A DNA stretch of 64,000 bases from Candidatus Saccharimonadales bacterium (GTDB lineage Bacteria; Patescibacteriota; Saccharimonadia; Saccharimonadales; EFPC-124): contig DATIBO010000006.1 of NCBI GenBank assembly GCA_035457485.1, positions 94,134-158,133 on the forward strand, given 5' to 3'. The position numbers and the translations under genes are program-made. Shown here piece by piece: positions 54,953-64,000 of the stretch (positions are counted from its first letter, which is position 1; each line of letters opens with the position of its first letter). A model generated the notes under the pieces. The model ran no database searches and had not been told where the DNA came from. It saw only the letters and a program-made list of their open reading frames with translations.

Positions 54953-57301
54953 ATGAAAAAAACGATTTTAGTTGATGCTCAAGTTTTGCAAAGTAGCGCC
55001 TGGGATAGAGGAATGGGCAAATCTACTTTTAAACTTTTAAATGCTTTGCATAAGTTTTACAAGGGTGAGATTCATTTAATTTTTAACACTAACCTTCCTA
55101 AAAATCCGGTTATGCGTAAGCTAATTGTAAAAGAAATGCCGAATTTCGTGCAGCATGATATTGCGCTGCTGATTCCGAGCGATGTCAAAAAAGTGCATCT
55201 ACTTCAAGAGCCTAATAAGCAGTTACTTGATGAATTTGTGTTAAAAAATCAGTTTGACCCCGAAAACACAATCTTTTATATTCCAGCTTTATTTTTGTGG
55301 CCGGCTTGTTCGGTCTTCCCTAGCGGAACTATAAACACAATTTTAATGCATGATATTATTCCGCTACTTTATTCTGATAAATATTTTTCTAGCATGCGTG
55401 TCGAAGACTACTTGGCTCAATTCAAGATGATCATGCAGGCTGACCATATTTTTACAGTATCCGAATCGGTGCGCGATGATATGCTTACGCATTTGGGGAT
55501 TGAGGGCTCGCGTGTTAGTGCAATTAACGGCGCCGCTGTTATAGATGTTGAGCCAAGCAAAAGCTATGGCAAACAGTTTAAAAAACCGTTTGTTTTAATG
55601 CCGACGGGGAATGATTTACGCAAGAATAATCAGCGCTCTGCCGCCGCGTTTGCAAAATATCTAGAAAAAACTGGGCAAGATGTTGATCTTGTTACTACCT
55701 CTTTTTATACCGATTTTGAACAACAAGAGCTACGTCGCATCGTTGGTAGTATTAAATTCACCGGTAATGTCCAGGACCCCGAGTTAGTTTGGCTATTTGA
55801 AAACTGCCAAAGCGTATTGTTCGCATCTGAAAGCGAAGGTTTGGGCCTGCCGATGCTTGAGGCGGTTATGCATGGCAAGCCTGTAGTTTGCTCTGATATC
55901 CCAGTTTTTAAAGAGATTTCCCATGATGGTTTTTATTACGCCGACCCTTATAGTACAGAGAGTATCACAGTGGCGATTGAAAAAGCTCAAACGATTGGAC
56001 TAAGCGCTGAAATGAAAAAGGAATATCAGCGAATAAAAGCGGACTTTACTTGGAACAATGTCGCTCAGCGTTTTGATGCCGCGATTGCCAACTTAAAACC
56101 AGCTCGCGGAATCGTTAAGCCAAAAATTGCAATTTTAGGACCAACGCCTTCTGGATACTCCGGTCCGGGTAAAATGTTAGGACAAATGCACCCAGCGTTG
56201 AGCCGCGCCTTTGATATTGATTACTATTTGGAAGCTAGTATTGTAGATGATCGAGATATTCGTCCTAACTATTTAAAATACGTGGCGGACTGTTACCCTG
56301 TTAAGTTCTTTAACGCCAAGCGTTATCGTGAATATGACGCGGTCGTTTACCACATGGGAAATAGCGAAAATCACTTAATAATTACCCAGCACGCTTTGGC
56401 GCTGCCAGGAATTGCTATAATTCATGACACACACATGTTCAATGTTTACCGCTTTTTGCGCGAAGAAGGCGTTATGGATAAGAGGCGAGTTGAGCTAGAA
56501 GAAAAATTAAACGCTTTGGTAAAAAATGAATTAAGTAGCTATGTTACGTCTATTGCTAACTCGCAGCTAGGATTAATAGTGCATTCGGATTACGCTAAGA
56601 ACGCAGTTAATGATTTGCTTGAAGGCAAAGTTGAGCTTGTGCGCGCCGATCTCCCCTACCAAAACCCTGGCTTTAACGTGCATGAGCGCAAAGTTAACCA
56701 GATTCATATTGGCGTTGCCGGAATGTTAGCTGGAGTAAAAGGTTTGACTATGATCGAGGATTTAGCTAACGATCAACGATTTAAAAACTGCATTTTTGAT
56801 GTTTTTGGCTTTAACTTTGCTGAGGCTGGTCTGTTAGAACGGTTAGAGTCGGTGGATAATATTCGCCTGACAACGAACTTAACCGATCAGGAATATCAGA
56901 CTCGGATGCAGCATGTTGATGTTATTATAAATTTCCGTAACGAATATCGAGGCGAAAGCTCCTCTGTGACACTAGAGGCTATGCGCTTTGGAATTCCTTC
57001 GATCGTGCGAAATATCGGTTGGTATTCCGAGCTACCGGACGATTGCGTTATTAAAGTTGAATCTCAAAATCAGGTTGCCGAAGCTTTGGCGAAAATTGTA
57101 AAAGACGATAAACTGCGTGAGCAGATCGGCCTGACCGGCAAGAAGTTTATCGACGACAAGATTTTACATGAGTATTATGTTGAAAAACTTCAGCACTTGA
57201 TAGAAAAAACTAACACTAATGATACATTGTCGCGCAGTAAGCTAGCCGGCGGAATTAAAAAAGGTGAAAAACTAGAGAAGTTACTGAGCTATGAGCAATA
57301 A
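54953..57301 (+). CDS. Tandem two-domain GT4 glycosyltransferase
   Basis: Domain 1 has HDIIP, RKN and EGLGLPMLEA; domain 2 has YHMGNS and GESSSVTLEAM. Confidence 0.85.
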   Translation: MKKTILVDAQVLQSSAWDRGMGKSTFKLLNALHKFYKGEIHLIFNTNLPKNPVMRKLIVKEMPNFVQHDIALLIPSDVKKVHLLQEPNKQLLDEFVLKNQFDPENTIFYIPALFLWPACSVFPSGTINTILMHDIIPLLYSDKYFSSMRVEDYLAQFKMIMQADHIFTVSESVRDDMLTHLGIEGSRVSAINGAAVIDVEPSKSYGKQFKKPFVLMPTGNDLRKNNQRSAAAFAKYLEKTGQDVDLVTTSFYTDFEQQELRRIVGSIKFTGNVQDPELVWLFENCQSVLFASESEGLGLPMLEAVMHGKPVVCSDIPVFKEISHDGFYYADPYSTESITVAIEKAQTIGLSAEMKKEYQRIKADFTWNNVAQRFDAAIANLKPARGIVKPKIAILGPTPSGYSGPGKMLGQMHPALSRAFDIDYYLEASIVDDRDIRPNYLKYVADCYPVKFFNAKRYREYDAVVYHMGNSENHLIITQHALALPGIAIIHDTHMFNVYRFLREEGVMDKRRVELEEKLNALVKNELSSYVTSIANSQLGLIVHSDYAKNAVNDLLEGKVELVRADLPYQNPGFNVHERKVNQIHIGVAGMLAGVKGLTMIEDLANDQRFKNCIFDVFGFNFAEAGLLERLESVDNIRLTTNLTDQEYQTRMQHVDVIINFRNEYRGESSSVTLEAMRFGIPSIVRNIGWYSELPDDCVIKVESQNQVAEALAKIVKDDKLREQIGLTGKKFIDDKILHEYYVEKLQHLIEKTNTNDTLSRSKLAGGIKKGEKLEKLLSYEQ

Positions 57302-58541
57302 AAGTACAATTTGGGTTGACCTAACTCACCTTCTTAACTGGGAGGGGCGTTTTACCGGAATTGAGCGACTTGAATATAATGTCGCAAAACATCTAGCTAA
57401 ATTACCAAGGGTAAAATTTTTCTCGTATAATCAGTCAGCGCGCGCTTTTAATGAACTACCAGCGGAAACCTTGCATATTTTTGCCGACGGCTATGGTGGA
57501 ATAAAAAAATCTAGTGCGCCCAGGAACGTTTCGCTACTCAATAAAATACTACCAATGGCTAAAAAAATTGCGCCACGTAAGGTCAGGACTTTTATTAAGA
57601 AGAACTTAATGATTAACGATGCGGCAAGTCGACTAGTTGTACCTCATCCGTTTATTGCTGGCGATACAGTTTTTGTAGCTGCTACCTTTAGCGACGTCGG
57701 TTTTTTGGATAACTTAATCGAGCTCAAAAAGAACGCTGGCGTTAAGCTGACTTACTTGGTTCATGACATAATTCCAATTGTTCGACCAAACTATGTCAAG
57801 CAATGGGATACTGATCATTTCAGTACATACTATTCTCGATTGATGCCTGCTGCCGATAAAATTCTGGCGGTTTCTAAGTCTACTAAAAATGATCTTTTGG
57901 AATTTTGCGAATCGCGTCGCATTGTTCCGCCATCGATTGAAGTTATTCACGAAGGCGGTGATTTTAACATCGTAAAAAATCCTGTTCGACCGGCTGAGCT
58001 CGGTAAAATAAAAGATTTTCTTCTTTGCGTAGGTACGTTCGAAGTCCGCAAAAATTACACAATTCTTTATTATGCCTACAAACAGGCTGTGCGCGAGGGC
58101 ATAAAGCTGCCGCCGATTGTTTTGGTTGGTCGCACCGGATGGTTGGTTAACGACATCCAACACATCATTAGCAAAGATCCGGAGGTGAAAGATCTAATTT
58201 TACACTTTGACAGTATCGACGACAAGGGTCTGGCATGGGTTTTTAAAAACTGCATGTTTACGGTGCAGCCAAGTTTTTACGAAGGTTGGGGCTTGCCAGT
58301 TGATGAATCGTTGCACTATGGCAAACTTTGCTTAAGTTCAGATGCTAGCTCTTTGCCGGAGGTGGGGCAAGATTTCACAGAATATTTCTCTCCTTTTGAT
58401 TCACGGGAGTGTATGGAAAAAATCGCATATTTCGCATCGCACCCTAGTGAAGTTAAAAAGCGCGAAGAAAAAATTGCCAAAAAATATAAACCTGTTTCTT
58501 GGCAGCAAAGCGCTCAACAGATATACGAAAAAATTAGCTAA
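57291..58541 (+). CDS. Glycosyltransferase family 4
   Basis: TGIER, HDIIP, VGTFEVRKN and EGWGLPVDES motifs. Confidence 0.9.
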   Translation: MSNKSTIWVDLTHLLNWEGRFTGIERLEYNVAKHLAKLPRVKFFSYNQSARAFNELPAETLHIFADGYGGIKKSSAPRNVSLLNKILPMAKKIAPRKVRTFIKKNLMINDAASRLVVPHPFIAGDTVFVAATFSDVGFLDNLIELKKNAGVKLTYLVHDIIPIVRPNYVKQWDTDHFSTYYSRLMPAADKILAVSKSTKNDLLEFCESRRIVPPSIEVIHEGGDFNIVKNPVRPAELGKIKDFLLCVGTFEVRKNYTILYYAYKQAVREGIKLPPIVLVGRTGWLVNDIQHIISKDPEVKDLILHFDSIDDKGLAWVFKNCMFTVQPSFYEGWGLPVDESLHYGKLCLSSDASSLPEVGQDFTEYFSPFDSRECMEKIAYFASHPSEVKKREEKIAKKYKPVSWQQSAQQIYEKIS

Positions 58542-59661
58542 TAAATTTACTTTTACGTAGATGACTAATCACGATTTGTGACGGTGATAGTTTTTGGTCT
58601 ACGGCTTTAAACTGATCTTTTTTAGGTGGATTGTTCAAAAAGTCGATCACCTTTTTAATGTCCAATCCAGAAAGTTGTACGTTATAGCCAAGGCCTTCTT
58701 GGCGTTCGGTTGCGAGCCGGTGGATCATCGTCGGCACACCAACAAAAAATGCATCTTCTTGTAAGCCACCACTGTCGGTAACGATGAACTCGGCATTTTT
58801 TACAATCTGCATGAAGTCAAAGTACGGTTGTTTTGGGATTCGCACGATATTTTTGCCTTGCAGGTATTTATTAAACCCGAGTGTTTTAATCTTTTCTTCG
58901 GTAGTAGAATGGTCTACGAAAACTAGCGGCAAGGCAGATTTTAAACTGTAACTGTATATGGCTTCTAAAATTTGCTTAAGCTCAGCTTTGCGCTCTAAAA
59001 GTTCGGTGCGATGTATCGATACTAAGCCGTATTTTGTAGGTAGCTTAAGTTTTTTAAAATCATTGGTTACGTAGTCTTCAGATTGATCCAACGCGTCCTT
59101 AGATGTATTTAGCTGCGTGTTAATAATCTCGCCCTTTGTGCTCTCTTTTTTAAGATCATCAACCGCACGTTTGGTTGGTGAGTAGTGTACCCGTGCAATT
59201 TTGGCAACTATTCTGCGGTCAATTTCTTCTGGGAATGGGTGCATGATTCTACCGCTGCGAAGCCCAGCCTCGACGTGGCCCACCGGCAACCCCAATGCTC
59301 GACCGAGGTAAGCCCCCACTACAGTTGTGAGTGTGTCGCCATGAACCAAAACAATGCTTTTAGTTTTATATTTTTTATCTGTTTTTTTGATAATACTTTT
59401 AATTTTGCCAAATTGTTTTGCGAAGTTGCCATGAATTGCGAGCATAGTCAGAAGCATTTGTGTCATGGTAACTACATCGCCACCCTTCCAGCCCTGAGAT
59501 AAGTAAATATCAGGCTCAATGCCAGACATTTCATGGAAGTAGCTTATTTGCTTTCTCTGTTGCGAAGTGCAAATAAGTAATTGCTGGTCGCGCGGTACGC
59601 CTTTTATAATCCCCAACATTTTAATAAGTTCAGCACTTGTTCCATAAAAGATGACTATCAT
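58534..59661 (-). CDS. wecB: UDP-N-acetylglucosamine 2-epimerase-like protein
   Basis: VHGDT, HVEAGLRS, PFPEE and TDSGGLQE motifs; N-terminal GTSAE replaces GTRPE. Confidence 0.8.
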   Translation of the reverse strand: MIVIFYGTSAELIKMLGIIKGVPRDQQLLICTSQQRKQISYFHEMSGIEPDIYLSQGWKGGDVVTMTQMLLTMLAIHGNFAKQFGKIKSIIKKTDKKYKTKSIVLVHGDTLTTVVGAYLGRALGLPVGHVEAGLRSGRIMHPFPEEIDRRIVAKIARVHYSPTKRAVDDLKKESTKGEIINTQLNTSKDALDQSEDYVTNDFKKLKLPTKYGLVSIHRTELLERKAELKQILEAIYSYSLKSALPLVFVDHSTTEEKIKTLGFNKYLQGKNIVRIPKQPYFDFMQIVKNAEFIVTDSGGLQEDAFFVGVPTMIHRLATERQEGLGYNVQLSGLDIKKVIDFLNNPPKKDQFKAVDQKLSPSQIVISHLRKSKFIS

Positions 59662-59710
59662 GTATATAGTTTACCAATTTTTGCAATATATTGCATGATA
59701 TACTTAAAAC

Positions 59711-61012
59711 ATGAAAATTAGCGTAATTGGAACGGGCTATGTTGGTTTAGTTACCGGAACTTGCTTGGCTGAGGTCGGTCACGACGTTACTTGCGTTGAT
59801 ATAGATGAAACAAAAATATCAAATCTAAAAAAAGGGATCATCCCAATCTACGAGCCTGGTTTATCTGAACTAGTTTTAAAAAACTTTGAGTCGGGTAGCC
59901 TAAAATTTACAAACCAAAGCCCAGGAGTCAAAGATCCTGAGGCGATCATTTTTGCTCTGCCTACTCCACCAAATGGTGATGGCGAAGCTGACTTAAGCTA
60001 TCTTTTGGGTGCAATTACTCATATTGCGCCGCAACTCAAGAAATATACTGTCTTGGTCAATAAAAGTACGGTGCCGGTGGGAACGGCTGCAAAAGTCACA
60101 GAGCTTGCGGGGAGTTTAACTAAAACTCCGTTCGATGTCGTATCTAATCCGGAGTTTTTAAAAGAGGGCTTTGCGGTAGAAGATTTTATGAAGTCAGATC
60201 GAATCGTAATTGGAAGCTCATCGCCAAAGGCAGTAAAGGTTATGCAACGGCTTTATGCTCCGTTCGCACAACAAGGTGTGCCAATTATTGTTATGGATGA
60301 AGCGTCATCGGAAATGACAAAATATGCCGCGAACTCGTTTTTGGCTACCAAGATCAGTTTTATGAACGAGATCGCCAATATTTGTGAGTTAACTGGAGCA
60401 AACGTAGAAGATGTGCGCCGAGGAATTGGCATTGATCCGCGAATAGGCGGCAGTTTTTTGCGGGCTGGCATTGGCTATGGTGGAAGCTGTTTTCCTAAAG
60501 ATGTTTTGGCGTTGCATACAAGTTCGCAACTGCATGATTATGACTTTAAAATTCTTGAAGCAGTCATGCAGGTGAACGAGCGACAACGCGATATATTTTG
60601 CGACAAAGTTGCGAAGTACATAGGAGACTTAAAAGGTAAAAAACTTGCGGTTTGGGGGTTGTCTTTCAAACCCAACACCGATGATATTCGTGAATCTCCA
60701 CCGCTCGGAATTATTTCTCGCCTACTTGGGTTGGGTGCGAATATCGTAGCTTATGATCCTGAGGCGGCTGAGAATGTTAAGAAAATTTTAGGCGATAAAA
60801 TAATTTACGCAAAAACTGCGATTGAAGCCACAAAAAATGCCGATGCTTTATTATTGCTGACTGAATGGGACGAATTTGTAACTGCCGACCTTAAACAGGT
60901 AGCGTTAAGTTTAAAAAACAAACTAATAGTAGATGGGCGCAACGCGTATAACTCCCAAGACGTTAAAAACGCAGGCATAAAATACGTCAGTGTTGGAAGA
61001 AAGGTGATGTAA
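59711..61012 (+). CDS. ugd: UDP-glucose 6-dehydrogenase
   Basis: GTGYVG, KSTVPVG, NPEFLKEG, GYGGSCFPKD and FKPNTDD motifs. Confidence 0.95.
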   Translation: MKISVIGTGYVGLVTGTCLAEVGHDVTCVDIDETKISNLKKGIIPIYEPGLSELVLKNFESGSLKFTNQSPGVKDPEAIIFALPTPPNGDGEADLSYLLGAITHIAPQLKKYTVLVNKSTVPVGTAAKVTELAGSLTKTPFDVVSNPEFLKEGFAVEDFMKSDRIVIGSSSPKAVKVMQRLYAPFAQQGVPIIVMDEASSEMTKYAANSFLATKISFMNEIANICELTGANVEDVRRGIGIDPRIGGSFLRAGIGYGGSCFPKDVLALHTSSQLHDYDFKILEAVMQVNERQRDIFCDKVAKYIGDLKGKKLAVWGLSFKPNTDDIRESPPLGIISRLLGLGANIVAYDPEAAENVKKILGDKIIYAKTAIEATKNADALLLLTEWDEFVTADLKQVALSLKNKLIVDGRNAYNSQDVKNAGIKYVSVGRKVM

Positions 61013-61959
61013 TGAAAACTGTTTTAGTGGCGGGAGGGGCTGGATTTTTAGGCACTAATCTATGTGCGGCATTGCTCGATAAAAATTACAAAGTTGTTTG
61101 CGCCGACAATCTTTGTACCGGGCGCGAAAAAAATATTAAAGATTTAAAAACCAACAAGAATTTTGAATTTTTAAATTGTGATATTACAAAGGCATTACCA
61201 CCTGCGATAACGTCGCAAAAATACGAATACATTTTAAATTTGGCTAGCCCGGCGAGTCCACCAAAATATGTTGAGCTCGCCATAGAGACTTTGATGGTCG
61301 GGTCGGTCGGAACTAAAGCTTTGCTTGATCTGGCCCTAAGCAATAAAGCGCGCTATGTTCACACTTCGACTAGCGAAGTTTATGGTGATCCGCTAGTGCA
61401 CCCGCAACCTGAAAGCTACTGGGGTAATGTTAATTCGTACGGCAATAGATCAATGTACGATGAATCCAAACGCTTTAGCGAGGCATTAATTTGGGTTTAT
61501 AGAAACCAAAAAAACCTAAATACCGGAATTGTACGAATTTTTAACACCTATGGACCACATATGGATCCACAAGATGGCAGGGTTGTTTCTAACTTTATAA
61601 TCCAGGCGCTAAAAGGAGATCCAATAACACTTTATGGCGAAGGCCAACAGACTCGCAGTTTTTGCTACGTAGACGATCAGGTAGCAGGGATAATTGCGTT
61701 GATGGAGAGCGATGTCGAAGGTCCTGTAAATGTTGGAAATCCAGATGAGTTTACAGTCAAAGAGTTGGCTGACGAAGTTTTAAAGCAGACTGGCAGTAAA
61801 TCTAAAATGGTTCATATGCCCTTGCCGCCCGACGATCCGACACGCAGACAACCTAATATTGAGCTGGCAAAAAAGCTGCTTAATTGGCAACCAAAAGTTA
61901 ATCTACAACAAGGCTTAAAACCGACCATAGTCTATTTTAAAGGTGAGCTTGGGGTCTAG
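61012..61959 (+). CDS. uxs: UDP-glucuronate decarboxylase (UDP-xylose synthase)
   Basis: GGAGFLG, LASPASP, STSEVYGDP, YDESKR, RIFNTYGP and DGRVVSNF motifs. Confidence 0.9.
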   Translation: MKTVLVAGGAGFLGTNLCAALLDKNYKVVCADNLCTGREKNIKDLKTNKNFEFLNCDITKALPPAITSQKYEYILNLASPASPPKYVELAIETLMVGSVGTKALLDLALSNKARYVHTSTSEVYGDPLVHPQPESYWGNVNSYGNRSMYDESKRFSEALIWVYRNQKNLNTGIVRIFNTYGPHMDPQDGRVVSNFIIQALKGDPITLYGEGQQTRSFCYVDDQVAGIIALMESDVEGPVNVGNPDEFTVKELADEVLKQTGSKSKMVHMPLPPDDPTRRQPNIELAKKLLNWQPKVNLQQGLKPTIVYFKGELGV

Positions 61960-62915
61960 TTTTTAGTAATTTGACGAACAACGTAAAGCGGACGACCCTG
62001 GCTCTCGTTTAAGACGCGCGCGATATAAACGCCGATGAGGCCTTGTGCGGCCAAAACCATGCCAACTAAAAACAGAATTACAAAACCAAGAACTGCGGTT
62101 CCGGTAATGTGCAGCCGCATAGGATCACCTAAAATTACCTGTTCGATTAGCCAAAAAAGTCCGGCACCAGTGCCCAAAAAGATAAACAAAAGCCCCACGT
62201 ACCCCGAAATGTAAAGCGGTACGGCACTTAGCGACACGAAGGAGTTAATTGCCGTTTTAGTAAGTTTTTTAAAATTGTAGCTGGCTTTGCCGAACTTGCG
62301 TTCGTTGGCGTCAAAATAAACGTAATCACGGCGATAGCCTAGCCAGTCGATTAAGCCACGTGCAATGCGGTCGTTTTCTTTAAACTTATTAAATTCGTCT
62401 ATGACCTTGCGGTCAACCAGTCTGAAGTCGGTTGATTTTGGTACGACTTCTCTTTCTGATATTTGGCGGGTAATTGAGTAATAAGCCTTTGATCCGTAGC
62501 GTTTTACAAATCCTTCTTTTTGGTTTTTGTCGCGCACACCAATTACTACATCGGCGCCCCTTTGCCATTTTTCTATAAATTTGCCAATTAGTTCAACTGG
62601 GTATTGACCATCGGCATCGACAAAAATTGCTCCGTCGCCTTTACAAATTGCCAGACCGGCACTAAGGGCTGCCTCTTTGCCGAAGTTGCGCGAAAATTCG
62701 ATTATCTGGACGCTGATTTTTTCTTGCGGCTTAAGGCTCTGTAGAACTTCTTGAGACTTATCAACGCTGCCGTCATTAACGTAAATTACCTCAAAACTGT
62801 GAGGTTTAAGAGATTTTAAAGATTTGATTAAAGTTTCGTGTAGCCAAACTAGGCCATCTTGCTCATCTTTTACTGGGATGATAACGCTAATAAGTTTAGA
62901 TTGTTCGCTTTTCAC
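61956..62915 (-). CDS. GT2 polyprenol-phosphate glycosyltransferase (GtrB/ArnC-like)
   Basis: NDGS-x-D, SRNFGKEAA, DADGQ, DFRL, two C-terminal TMs and RPLY. Confidence 0.9.
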   Translation of the reverse strand: MKSEQSKLISVIIPVKDEQDGLVWLHETLIKSLKSLKPHSFEVIYVNDGSVDKSQEVLQSLKPQEKISVQIIEFSRNFGKEAALSAGLAICKGDGAIFVDADGQYPVELIGKFIEKWQRGADVVIGVRDKNQKEGFVKRYGSKAYYSITRQISEREVVPKSTDFRLVDRKVIDEFNKFKENDRIARGLIDWLGYRRDYVYFDANERKFGKASYNFKKLTKTAINSFVSLSAVPLYISGYVGLLFIFLGTGAGLFWLIEQVILGDPMRLHITGTAVLGFVILFLVGMVLAAQGLIGVYIARVLNESQGRPLYVVRQITKN

Positions 62916-62993
62916 TTTAAACTCCTACTTTTTACATAATAACAGCAACTTTGCAAACCTGCGAGCTTTAACTTCTGTGCTAAGATATAAAAT

Positions 62994-64000
62994 ATGAATT
63001 TATCGCAAAACCTTCGCGGCCATTGGAAAAAAAATACCTTTTTGCGCAACAATATTATTGTTTTTTTTGGTTCCATTTTAACCTCAGCCTTTAGCTACTT
63101 CTATTATCCGATCATGGCGCGCATGCTCTCGATCGAAGAATTTGGCGAGATTCAAACTCTTGTCTCGCTTCTTACTCAGGCTTCGTTAATTTTCGGCGCC
63201 ATCAATATTGTGTCAGTCGTCTTGATCGCAAGTAGTAAACGCAACAAGCACGGCGAGCGTTTTATTTTTGAGCTGCAAAAACTTACGCTTTATATTGCGA
63301 TTGGGGTTAGTCTGACTGTGGCAATTTGTTCTATGTGGGTCACAAATTTCTTTCACTTCCCGTCAGTTTGGCCGCTCTTAATTACGCTTGCGGCCTTTAT
63401 AGCTGGAGTGCCGGTGGTTTTTTGGAATTCATATTTGCAGGCAAGGCAAAATTTTACCGCCATGAACGCATTTGGCTTGGTTGGTGCGGCAGGTAAATTG
63501 ATCTTAGCTGTTTTTTTGGTTTTCCTTGGTTGGGGGGCGATTGGTGCGGCCTTGGCAGTGCTTTTAGGCCAGTTTGCGGCGTTAACTTTTGCCCGAATGC
63601 GGTACGATGTGCCACGGTTAACGGAGCTGTTTAAGGAGCGCCTACCAAACTGGAAAGTCTTAAAAGTGGAACTCAGATATACCGCTATGGTAATTGTAGT
63701 GAGCTTAAGTATAACCTTACTTTATTCCGGTGATATTTTGCTGGTTAAGCACTATCAAAGTCCCGAAGAAGCTGGAGCATATGCTGGAATTGCCTCCATC
63801 GCTCGAATTATCTTCTTTTTGACTCTGCCATTTGCAACTGTACTTTTGCCTGCCGTTCATAGCGAATGGAAACAACGCGAAAAAACCTTAAAGCGATCGT
63901 TTACTTTAGTTATTGGGCTTGGCGCGTTCGTTGCGGTGGTCTTTTGGGCGTTTGCACCACAAATCGTAAGCCTAATGGTTGGATCGCGCTACATTGATTA
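62994..64000 (+). CDS. Wzx-like oligosaccharide flippase, 3' truncated by window edge
   Basis: Hand translation MNLSQNLRGHWKKNTFLRNNIIVFFGS...ARMLSIEEFG; multi-TM; DILLVKHY...AGAYA motif. No stop seen before the window end. Confidence 0.82.
   Translation, partial: MNLSQNLRGHWKKNTFLRNNIIVFFGSILTSAFSYFYYPIMARMLSIEEFGEIQTLVSLLTQASLIFGAINIVSVVLIASSKRNKHGERFIFELQKLTLYIAIGVSLTVAICSMWVTNFFHFPSVWPLLITLAAFIAGVPVVFWNSYLQARQNFTAMNAFGLVGAAGKLILAVFLVFLGWGAIGAALAVLLGQFAALTFARMRYDVPRLTELFKERLPNWKVLKVELRYTAMVIVVSLSITLLYSGDILLVKHYQSPEEAGAYAGIASIARIIFFLTLPFATVLLPAVHSEWKQREKTLKRSFTLVIGLGAFVAVVFWAFAPQIVSLMVGSRYID

Overview
This is a chromosomal segment around the replication origin of a small-genome bacterium. 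Gene content suggests Patescibacteria/CPR, most likely Saccharibacteria; this is inferred, not confirmed by a search. From left to right: (1) housekeeping genes (MacB-like ABC pair, PGI/PMI, groES-groEL with a CIRCE operator, two phosphohexomutase paralogs, two FemABX-family ligases, MurE plus a degenerate MurE paralog, tsaD, valS, HIT); (2) four tRNAs (three Ser, one unusual Arg-GCG) interleaved with Nudix genes, then comF and hsp20; (3) a ~14 kb type IV secretion-like locus with six tandem pilin paralogs divergent from a VirB6-like/PrgI/VirB4/cell-wall-hydrolase operon, with no relaxase or coupling protein in the window; (4) recF-dnaN-dnaA with a bipartite oriC (DnaA boxes, DnaA-trios) and rpmH-rnpA-yidC-jag; (5) a surface-glycan cluster (GT4s, Wzm/Wzt, WecB, Ugd, Uxs, GT2, Wzx-like flippase). 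The most notable features are the origin-linked T4SS/pilin array, two apparent pseudoenzymes next to intact paralogs, a wHTH-Nudix gene with a palindrome over its own -35, widespread leaderless gene starts, and three single-gene high-GC inserts. No CRISPR array, rRNA or transposase was seen.
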